Of a DNA stretch of 64,000 bases, positions 51,652-62,703 are shown piece after piece. The position numbers and the translations under genes are program-made. The notes below the pieces were generated by a model that had not been told where the DNA came from, did not search any database, and saw nothing but the letters and a program-made list of their open reading frames with translations. Source of the stretch: Saccostrea echinata (lineage: Eukaryota); the NCBI RefSeq assembly GCF_033153115.1, contig NW_026889762.1:5724496-5788495 (forward strand), in the 5' to 3' direction. Each line of letters begins with the position of its first letter. Position 1 is the first letter of the stretch.

Positions 51652-52195
51652 GTAATGCAATTGCACAATTTGTAAAAATATTATTGTTATACTTCTCATA
51701 CTATTACATTAGATTACTTTATTGTAAGTATAAAGAATTTGTATTTTTTTAAATACATGTCTATGTATTTGTTTTCAGACACAACCAAATTTGACCACTG
51801 TTACGCAGCTTCTTGACCACATTTTCAGTCAGTGTGGATTGCCACGCTATACTGAACAGGTCAGACAACAATTAAAATACAACTTACAGATACCACAATT
51901 TGAGAAAAAGACTATAGGAGGTATGAAGTAAGAGTTATCTTTCATATATGAGAGTTACCTTTTATTACTCCTTCAATAATGAGATTGAGTTACTGCCCTT
52001 TGCAGCCAACTTCCAATTCAGCAAGAGGTCATCAGAATTAATTTAAATAACAATGAGAAGGATAACCAATGAAATTTCTTTTATTTATAACTAAGTTCTG
52101 CAGTTAAGGACCTATTGCATTTTATTATACTACCCTTATTTTATATTTAAATTTTAGGTGGAATAGCTACTTATTGTAACGATATATACCCAAGT

Positions 52196-55100
52196 GCCCT
52201 CGTTACACTTGAGTGAATTTTTGGTTTGGCTATCGAGATGTGCACATCTCCGATAGTAAAGTATTTGGGAACACATGAATTGATGAAAACATTTTAAAAC
52301 CATAACAGATAAAAACAGTCATAAAGATATTTATGAATAATTATCGTTTTGAATAATATAATTGCAAGTTTGGAAGAAAAACCGTAGATGCGCGTGTTTT
52401 TTAAAAGCATACCAATATATGCAACTAAACTAGAAAATAATTCACAGTAAAACTCGTACAAACAATTTGCAATAATCTGTTGTAAAATGGAACAAAACAA
52501 CAAGCGTATTGTGGTATTTGCCATGCATGCCCATATGCATTCAAATACAATTGATGCATATCGAGAGAACACGTCGAACGCGTGTAAACTTATTCATACC
52601 TGGAAATAGACCACTGTACCCATTCGAATATGTGCGCATGCCGAGTGATTTACATCTTGTATTCCATTTATTGAAATATGCATCACAAAGAAGTAATAAA
52701 CTCCATAAAACTCAACAGTAAACACGTTGTCACTTCATCGTACAGCCTAGCACTCAAATACACTTAGTCCGTGCTGATCAGATTTTGGTCAGGGAAAATA
52801 TCAAAAGTGAAAAAGGGAATTAGTATTTGCGCGACCGGGTAAAAAAAAAAGAAATCACTTTTAAAAAGTTTGATTACTGATTATCTAAAAACTAAACTTA
52901 ACTGAGTAATTTGTTGTAAGAAAATGATTTAGAACACGACATGAAACCATTTAACCAGAACACAAATTAAAAATATACGCGCACGTAGAGCGGGGGGGGG
53001 GGGGGGGTACCCCCTTCTCTGAAAGTGTCTTTCAGTTCAGGCACGTAGCATCTAAGAAATAATTGACGATTCACCTGAAAAAAACCTTTGACAAGAAAAA
53101 AATAATAATAATAATAATAATAATATGAATAAATTAAAAAAAATCTCCAAAATCCCATTTTTTGTTGGTGATGGGGGATTGGGTGGTTGGGCAATTTTTT
53201 TGACGATTAGACTATAGTGCAACAAAAAGTGGAGTGGGTCAGCCTTTTAATGTGCATTTCATACAAAACAGTAAAACATTATACTCAGAAAAAAGTGGGA
53301 GGGGGCAACCCCCCCCCCCCCCACCCACGCGTTCTACAGGCCTGTCTTTTACGGTTGACTTCGTAAGGATTTTTATCATTTTAAGACTGGCTGCCCCCCC
53401 CCCACTCTCATCCAATATTATTGTACATTTTACTTAAATATTTTTCTGCCGAAAATGATAGTATGAATGGAATCTGTCCCTCCCCTGACTACTGATTTTT
53501 TTTTAATGCCTGTTTTCCTTCTTCACTTCCCCCAATTTTTAAGTGCCTAAACTTTTTCTTTTGCTTGTCGATCATTTTACTGTCCCCCGCTCCCCCCCCC
53601 CCCCCGCATACATACATTTTGAGAAACGGTGCTGCTTGCCTGTTTTATATGCATGTAACGGAAGCCTTTCCAGATTGGAGAATTTCCGCAGGCAGTCTAA
53701 AATATGGTACTATTCAATTTCTTGTATTTTGAGAAAATCTTAAAAGATGGTTTAAGGATTACTTGAAACCCTAACCGCAAGATTATGGATGGATTTATTT
53801 TTTGCCTTTTCAATACAAGTACTCCCTCTCTCTGTCTCTGTCTCTCATGTGTAAGCATCCATACATGTAGAGCAATAATGCATATAAAATCCAATGTAAT
53901 AAAAATCATGGGAAATGCTATAGTCTTGACAAGGGCAGATCAAGGAATTTTTTTGGGGCAGGATGGATCCAACTTGCTGGAAAAAAAATGAAAAAAACTA
54001 CACCCAAATGAAAGGGGAACTAAACAATTGGGAAAACTATATTTCACGGGAATTGAAACATGTGGACCCTTCTCACGTACTTTCCAGAGGAAACGAAGTC
54101 AGTTTTTTGTTTCTTTATACCTATTTGAAGCTCTAAAGAGCACGGAGGGTTCCTACCAGAAATTTTTGGACCAAAAAAAATGATAACCTATATCAAAATT
54201 TAAAAGAAAAAAACATACATTTTTTTCCTTTTTGGGGGGAGGGGGGAGGGGGGACACTCTCAGGGGCACGTTGTTTTCCTTTCCCTTAAAACTTTGACTA
54301 TAAATTATAAAATAATAAAAAAAAAAATAATACACATGCACGCAACTATATTTTAATAATTCAGTCACATTACAAAATTTCTTTAAATATCTAGAACGTG
54401 TAAATATGTGTTATTGTTAAAAAAAACATTTGATGTAATGTAATAATCAGTACTTTTGCATCGCCTCGTGATATCTTTTTCAATGCCTCCCCACTTTACA
54501 TTTGGGTACAAGGTAGAACTATTTCAATTATCAATATTACTTTCATATATACTATAGTGTAATACTTACTCAACTTCAATGTATATAAAAACATGTACTG
54601 TAGATTATGTTATATACACATAATTATGTCTGTGCTTTTAGGTAATTGTATCAATCGTGCTTGTAATTTGTGACGCCTAAAAGGGCCCTGATTTGAAAAT
54701 AATCTGTCTACAGAAACAAATTGTTCATTGTGTGTTAATTTAATATATATTAATTTTACATCTTAAGTAGTTGAAGCCAGTTCATTGTACGTATTTGATC
54801 AAGAAAAATCCGACCGTTTTCCGACGTTTGTTTAAAATATATTGAAAAATGTTTATACATATTCCATCCCCCTTCATTTTTTAAAAGATGTAAGATCCGT
54901 AACAAGAATGTATGTTTATGTCATAAATTTGATGTAATGAAGCCACATTCATGTTCATATTTACGACATGTACCGACAACAATTAGTTCGATTTTCTGAA
55001 ACGTTTTATTTGCGTGACTATATTGTCTAATCAGGCAAAACCAGTGTCATTTCCACCTTCGACATTTTCCCTGACCAAAAATGCTGATCGGCAGGGACCA

Positions 55101-55705
55101 CGTGAGTTCAAGTGCTAGTGACAATGTGTTTACCGTTGAGTTACAAATGGAGTTATTTCTTATGTGATGCATATTTCAATAAAAGGAAAATAGGAAGTAA
55201 TTCTTTCGACATGTGCACATCCTTGTAGCGATAGCAGTATTTCAGGTAGATGAGTTTAAAGCGTAGCGTTCGACGCGTTTTCTCGGCATGCATGCATGTG
55301 TAGCTTGAATGCGTAAGTTGCATAGTATGTGCTTATACCGTTTAGCATGCATAAAGCTCAAAGTACAGTGTCATTTGGAAAAAAAATGCATGTGGTAGCC
55401 TTTTCTTCTTTATTGTTCAAATATATATGTATATCAAACATGCATTTGTCGTTTTGATTTCCATGCATTGCATCTAAATTATTCAAAATTTATATACTCC
55501 TTTCCAGTTTTCAATAAAATTCCTAGTTTTGGTAGGATTGTTAGATTTATGGCATGTTCCAAAACTGCTTTCTCGGAGATGTATACAGGCCTACATGTTT
55601 TCGGTCAGTTCATGTTCGTTCAGTTTGTTCCAAAACTTTGCTATCGGAGATGTGTACATGTCGACAACCAGACTAGAAAATCACTCAAGTGTAACAAAGG
55701 CATCA
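52196..55705. mobile_element. Long-TIR element (~3.5 kb) with ~600-bp inverted arms (52196-52810 and 55050-55705) enclosing a 2.2-kb core rich in homopolymer G/C runs
   Basis: Left-arm segments 'ttacacttgagtgaattt', 'ctatcgagatgtgcacatctccgatag', 'gagagaacacgtcgaacgcgtg', 'catttattgaaatatgcatcacaaagaagtaataaactccataaaactcaacag' and 'ctgatcagattttggtcagggaaaatatc' all reappear reverse-complemented in the right arm (55680-55700, ~55590-55640/55205-55235, ~55265-55290, 55130-55200, 55062-55092). No intact long ORF lies inside. Confidence 0.65.
52985..54255. repeat. Cluster of five homopolymer runs: G16 at 52991, C14 at 53317, C10 at 53393, C14 at 53590, and G7AG6AG6 at 54226
   Basis: Read directly from the sequence. 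The runs are embedded in the core of the long-TIR element. Confidence 0.9.
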
Positions 55706-57729
55706 GGGTTTATATAGCCGGTAAAATAAGTGAGCGAATCTGAAAGAAATATGGCGGGAAAAGGAGTACGGGAATGAAATAAGTCGTACAAGGATGAAAT
55801 ATCACATATTTAAGAGTTCATGTCAGCTTTAATAACGAAAATATATTTAAATTATTCTTTTGTATCGGTATTTTTCTGTTTAATTGATCTATTGTTTAAT
55901 GAAGTGAAATTAAGGCTGCAGCAGTGCCCTTTATTAATTTTTCACAGTAAATTAATTATTCCAATTAATAATTTTTGTTTTTACATTTTTTATTCGATAC
56001 TGTATACTTATTCGATACTTTAGAGCATTTTCTGAGAGCAATCTTTTTTTTAAAAGCGAGACAGACTACTGCAAATAAATTGATATTACGGTACATAATA
56101 ATAATAGAAATGCTTTAGAATATCTAATAAGTCTAGAGTATCGAATAAGTTTGGAAACTCAATACATTTTTTGTTATAACAAATTATTAATTTCTTCTAA
56201 CAAATACTCTGGAATCATTGAATTTCTTGGTGGCTCAATATTTGTGGATTTTGTGGGTATCCTGTATCCACGAATTAACATCGTCAACGAATTAATAACT
56301 TGGGTTTCAAGATTCATTTTCCTTTTTTTAGATATGAATGTATGCACAAAATTAAGTTCCCTCAAACCTGTAAAATTCAGGCAATCCACGAAAATTGGCC
56401 CCCACACAGCTTTGATGATTCAACAACTAGTAATTAATGAAAAACAAACTATTGTGAAAAACCTCATTGTCATTTATTTCAGGTTCGCTGGGATATATCA
56501 AGTCGACATATCACTGCTCATTGATAAAAGTTCGGGGTTTGTTATGTTTATATGTAATTTATAGTAATGAAATGTGAACAGATTCTTGTGCTAGACATAA
56601 AATAACATTCTAAACACTCAAAATGAATTTGAATAACTATATTTATACTGAATACCAAAACTGCATAAAAATCCTTACAAAGATGCATGGCGAGTTCAAG
56701 TTAATGTTTGATCAAGCCTTTCATTCCTCACTTAAATATTAACAGCAGTGAAGGAAAAACTGGAGTACTGTACATGTACTACAACATTCTAGTAGATCTG
56801 GTATTAATCAGATTAACTTGGAAACTCTAAGGAACTTTTAGAAAATTTTAAATCACAAAAAATTACCTAAATCTATAAAGCATCAAAATATAATACTTTA
56901 TAAAACCATTCCCCATGATAAGTTAGAGTCCAGGCTTTCTGACATCAAAGACGGCTGCTTTTTCAATAAGAATGGAACTCGTAAATTTACATACCTTGCC
57001 AGTGGTCATTTGCAAAATTGTTTTGTTGAACAAATTCTCTGATTGCTCACAAATGTATTCTGAAGTTGATATTAAAAAGATGCTTCAATTTCTATATGAC
57101 CATGTTGTTTAGAGATCAAGTCCTCCGACAATCTGCTTAAATTCCCATAGGTATAAATTGCGTTTAGTTTCATGCATTAGATCTATTTTTGTATTCATAT
57201 AAAGCAGAATTGTCAAATAACTTCTGAATAAAAAGGACGTCGTTTGCCATGACTTTGAACATTTTCGACATTTAGTTATATCGACTAGTTTTATCACACA
57301 ACAATATTTATTTCGATTCCTACATTGATTCAACTGAACTCAAAACAAAAGACACTACGAAGTCTGACACATATGTTACATGTTTAAACATTTTAATAGT
57401 GAAAGACTAACATCAATACTCATGATAAACCTTATGACGTCAACATTTCTATTGTCAATTGCAACTTCCCTCATTTATGTAACAATATACCGTTATCACC
57501 TGCATCTAGAGTATGTCGATCTCCCAGTTGATTTGATTCACAAGAACAGGTTACATTTACGAACAATTTCTAAAAAGAAGCAAGTTTATGATAAATAAGC
57601 TGATGATAAAAGGATACCAACACTTTCGTTTAAAGTCAACATTTCGCTAATGCAATAGTCGATACAATGACTTTCTTATCCAATACATTATATATTTTAC
57701 AAACGTTTTGAAAGATCATTATTTTGAGG

Positions 57730-57880
57730 CTGAATCGTTTACAGGTTTTCCCGTTTCTACGATCACGACAAGGAGATAGCACGGTAAATGTGACCCGTCA
57801 ATATTCAACAGGGAATGGTTACTTCTCCCAAGCACCTAGACCCAACATCTGAAGATATTAGAGATACGTGTTTATTCTGC
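57730..57880 (-). mobile_element. SINE-like repeat copy (same family as 26590-26730)
   Basis: See the alignment under 26590-26730. Orientation is inferred from the tRNA-like T-arm motif in the related 25890-26110 copy. Confidence 0.35.
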
Positions 57881-59879
57881 TCCCAATTTTTATTGTTCCA
57901 GTTGACTTTTAAGCTTAATTCACTGTTTGCTATATATGTTCAATTTTCTTGATGTCCTAAAAATTAATACAATGTCTGTTTAGGAGACTTACCGTCTGAG
58001 TTCGTCTAAGTAAATCATATACGCAAGTTTTAAACAATTTATTTTGCAATGGACAAACATGTTTTTGGTTATCATCAATTAATTCACAACACTGAAATAT
58101 TTATTAGGCCTAAAAAAAAAAAATGTGTTTCGGGTAACCCGACCTAACCTATAAAAATGCGCCGATCCTAACTTTTTTTTCGATGTCCGTATTTATCCAA
58201 TTAAAATTCCTATTATTTCTATGTAAAATCCGTTTTTATCAGAATATTTTTTCTCATTCCTAAGAAACGTCTTTAAAACGCTTAGGTTTACAGTGAACAT
58301 TAACGATATTTAAATCAACATGCAAGCGTTTTTATGACGGTTCCGACACATGGAATGGGAAATCTTTTGGATAATATAATTTGACACTGATATTTCTGTA
58401 ATTTAAAAGTTTTGTGATATAGCTCGTTCCGATTACGTGTCCGACCCTCATGGACAGTCATGGTTTCGTAATCGTACTACGCATGTCTAAGCCAACGTGT
58501 ATACAAACACAAAGGTGAAAGTGAACTAAACTTGTTTACGCACAGGTGTGTGGTAAACAATGATAGCTGTCAAAAGAGAGCAAAAGGCTTAATAGATATT
58601 TGTGCCAATTAGATTTTTTCCGACATACAAATAGGACGAATAATGAATAAGTACATTAGTAAAAGCCATTTTCTATCTTTCTAAAAGATTTTTTTCTTAA
58701 AAATCACAGATTTTGATAACTGTGTAAAATATTTTAGATCGCTTTTTTCTTCGAAGAAAAACTTATTGTTTTGGAAAGAACCCACAAACGCAGGGACAAG
58801 CTGCAGTGTAAACAATAACTAGTCACATAATGTTGAAATCAATAAAATTATTTTTTTTTTAAATCTGTACAAAAATTTATAAGAGATTCTGGTAGATTCG
58901 GTTAATTATTACAACCTAACACTAAAACTCTGGTTAGTTAGATATCATGTAAAGAATGTATGTTTAAAACAAACATGTTTGTATATTAAAGTTTTTTTTT
59001 CTATAGACATTGACAGTTGTAGCCATTTACATGTATGGTGAGAACATCGTAAGTTGCTAGAACTTGTGTTCAAACCATTTGTATATTATTTATGCAATAA
59101 AATATGTTCAAACAAACAAACAAAAAACTAGATAATTAACATTCACACAATTACAGCCTTCTTTGAAGATCAAAAAACCTTCACTGGTAAAAATACAATT
59201 GCTTCAAATTTACAATTATGAATTGTATAATTAAATAAAGATGATATTGTTCTGAATTCAAACTGCATCCGAAATGTAAATATATAACTAAAACCATCTT
59301 AATCAGTTAATGATTAAGAACATGTGATTTGTGTTAAAATGAAAATTTTCCCTTGTAGAAGAGACATTTAATAAAAGAATTTTAAATTATCCATTAACTG
59401 TTATCTTTTTGATTCAGAACGAAACCACTCAGGTCATAAACACAAGGGTCGAACACATATTTGAAACTTAACCACTCATATTTGCTGAAATGAAGAGAAA
59501 ATTAAAAGGATATGAAACTATAAAATTTAGTTGTCTAATGTTTTTCAAACATGTTGGAGTGAAATACAATAGAGAATAATATTCTCATGATTTTCTATCT
59601 ATATTTCAGTGGTCATACATTAAAAAAAAATCCAAAAAAAATTTCCCTACCTATCTACCCTAATTTTTTCATCAGTGTTACCCGAAACACACAATTTTTT
59701 AGGGCTTATACTGTCAGGAAACAGCAAGATATATTTAGTTAAGGAAGCCCTAAATCCAATGAAAAACATAGGTAATCAGACATTACAGAGCTCACCTCAA
59801 CGAATGTTGTCTTTTTATGTAAGGCAAAGTCCCACACTAAACTAATAATCTAGGAGTGTGCATTCCTAGATGCAACATT

Positions 59880-60900
59880 TATGCAATTTTGGTCTGATAG
59901 GGCTTGCAGTTACTTGGGAATAGACTTATCTGAAAACTTAAAACTAGTCACTCATCCAGAAAATGTTAGTCAAATCCAGCATCCGAAGCAAGTTTTGAGA
60001 TTGTTCGTCCCTTGATGCATCATCCATGCAAGTTTGGTTCAGATAAGCCTTATACATGTAGTAACTTGGGTATGAGATCTGCTCCAAAAACTTTAACCTG
60101 GTTACTCATCCGGAAAATGTAGGTCAGATCCAGCATCCGAAGCAAGTCCAGTAGTGTGAATCCTTATAGATGTATCATCCATGCAAGTTTGGTCAATATA
60201 GGGTTTATAGTTACTTGGAAATGAGATCTGCTCCAAAAACTTTAACCTGGTCACTCATCCGGAAAATATAGGTCAGATCCACCATCCGAAGCAAGTCCAG
60301 TAGTGTGCATCCTTAGATGTATCATCCATGCAAGTTTAGTCAATATAGGGCTTATAGTTACTTGGAAATGACATTTGCTCCAAAAACTTTAACCTGGTTA
60401 CTCATCCAGAAAATATAGGTCAGATCAAGCATCCGAAGCAAGTCCAGTAGTGTGAGTCCTTAGATGTATCATCCATGCAAGTTTGATCAATATAGGGCTT
60501 ATAGTTACTTGGAAATGACATCTGCTCTAAAAGCTTTAACCTGGTCACTCATTCGGAAAATATAGGTCAGATCCACCATCCGAAGCAGGTCCAGTAGTGT
60601 GCATCTTTAGATGTATCATCCATGCAAGTTTAGTCAATATAGGGCTTATAGTTACTTGGAAATGAGATCATCTGCTCCAAAAACTTTAACCTGGTTACTC
60701 ATCCGGAAAATATAGGTCAGATCCAGCATCCGAAGCAAGTCCATTAGTGTGCATCCTTAAATGTATCATCCATGCAAGTTTAGTCAATATAGGGCTTATA
60801 GTTACTTGGATATGAGACCTGCTCCAAAAACTTTAACCTGCTCCAAAAACTTTAACCTGCTCCAAAAACATTAACCTGGTCATTCTTTAGCAAATATTGC
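59880..60900. repeat. Tandem satellite array, ~150-bp monomer, ~7 copies
   Basis: 'tcactcatccggaaaatataggtcagatccagcatccgaagcaagtccagtagtgtgcatccttagatgtatcatccatgcaagtttagtcaatatagggcttatagttacttggaaatgagatctgctccaaaaactttaacctgg' restarts at ~59957, 60109, 60262, 60411, 60560 and 60710. It ends with a triplicated 'ctccaaaaactttaacctg'. Confidence 0.9.
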
Positions 60901-61084
60901 AGCATCTGTAACCTTGACTGGTACAATGAAACACACTAGAAGCATCCTCCATGCATCTCTGACTAATATAGGCCATAGAAGTACTTGAAAAGAAAACTGC
61001 TCCAAAAACCTTAACCTGGGACGCCGACACCGACGCTGAGGGTATTACATAAGCTCCCCCAACTTCGTTGAGGTGAGCTAAAAA
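59880..61084 (+). mobile_element. Helentron/HINE-like element: satellite array plus conserved 3' terminus; 5' boundary uncertain, somewhere in ~59700-59880
   Basis: The array is followed by 'gggacgccgacaccgacgctgag', then the hairpin 'caacttcgttg', then 'aGGTGAGCTAAAAAtg'. This is the same 3' architecture as at 2612-2705 and 43383-43456. Confidence 0.6.
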
Positions 61085-61344
61085 TGTACCGTATAAATAT
61101 ATGCATATGGAGTATATCTAGTTCATTTTCACCATAGTGCACCAAACATTTTTCTCTAAGACAAGAAAGTATTTGTTTATAGAAATCATTCTTGTTTAGA
61201 TACTTTGGAAAAATAATTGCAAATAACGTATTTGAATACCTTATTTTGGTCTTATATAATATTTTTTATAATCTACTTCAAATTGTGTTTTAACTGTAGA
61301 TTGCTGTTTATCTATTTCACATCAAAAGACAGATCATTCTAAAC

Positions 61345-62335
61345 TAGGGATGTCAATTTTGTCAATAATTCATATTCGAATATTCAATGAAAGTATTCGA
61401 ATATATTCGAATATTCGATAAAATAAATAAAATCTGGTATATTTTAAATATGCATCATCCTACTCTCATGAAAGGTTTAGCGTAGGTATTCTTATATTTG
61501 AAATACTTTTGTAGATGTACAATAAGGGATTCCATTTGATACTTGTCAATGTTTGAAATAAATAAGTTATTGATTTAAATGTTGAAAAGTATAATTTTAA
61601 CAAATGATACATGTGTATTTATAGTAGCTCCAACTAATTAACCAGTCACCTTGCCAAAGGCAAGATAGTCGTATACTGTTCAGATTCCAATACGTGTAAT
61701 TAATTACAATTATCAGCCTAATCAGAGATATGATTATAATCTTTGATACAATGATTTTAAAATATAAACAAACAATTCCATAGACAATTTTCCTAAGTAA
61801 TCAACTAATTTCCCGATAATGAATATAAAATTCAAGATTATGTACAACCTGAGATAATCAAGTAATTTACACATTTATTCTGAAATTGAGCCCTTTACAA
61901 TATTAATTACAGAGACTAATTCTATCGGACATTTATTTGAATGATCAATTAAATTTGTTTTGATTAAGTATACTGTTCATTTCGTTCTCCTCGATTCTAG
62001 ATCCGATGGTATTTAACTAATAAAAATTATGAAAATACGTTTTGTATTATATAAAGCATTATTGTTATAATTCTTCAACACCTTACTCAAAACAAAATAA
62101 TTTAGTAGATCTATAAAAGATAAGAAAATAGTGAAAGTAATCGGGCGATCGAAATTGATCGCTAGTAAATTAAACAGGGATAATTCCAGAATTGTTCTAA
62201 TCAAAATTTATTAATCACAGTACTTCTTTTTTAATGAAATCTGAAAAACACCGAATATTCGAATCTTATATTCATATTCGAATATCAACTCATCGAATGA
62301 ATATTCGAATGTTCGAATATTCGTTGACATCCCTA
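61345..62335. mobile_element. hAT-type MITE: 991 bp, ~80-bp TIRs starting TAGGGATGTCAA (Ac-like), and a perfect 8-bp target-site duplication TTCTAAAC (61337-61344 and 62336-62343)
   Basis: Left 'ttctaaac|TAGGGATGTCAATTTTGTCAATAATTCATATTCGAATATTC...' and right '...GAATATTCGTTGACATCCCTA|ttctaaac'. The TIRs are rich in 'ttcgaatattc' subrepeats. There is no transposase ORF inside, so it is non-autonomous. Confidence 0.85.
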
Positions 62336-62703
62336 TTCTAAACACATAAAATTACAAAGGAATAAGATTTCTTCAGTGCACACTGTTTAGAGCTTCCTCA
62401 ATAAAATGAGGTTTGATTGCAAGTCATCGCATATTAAAAGTTCAAAATTACGCTGAGAATTTCATTATATTTTATTTTCTTATTTTATTAATATTAACCA
62501 TGTTAACATTAACTTTATATTATACTTATAATGTTACATTAAAATGGATATTTTAATATTTAAGTTGCTCAAGAAAAAAGTGTAATGGTTACAAAAAGTG
62601 TGGAGTGTACTTCTCTAAAAAGCCAAAAAAAATGTGATTGAACAAGCAAAACTCTACACTGTTCAGGTTTTTGTGTTGTCTATTTTAACGTCTCGGTCGT
62701 AAG

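Noticed and set aside
56151-56564. 137-aa plus ORF
   Set aside because: It is AT-rich with an Ile/Phe/Asn-biased translation. There are no splice or promoter context and no conservation signal. It is probably a spurious ORF.
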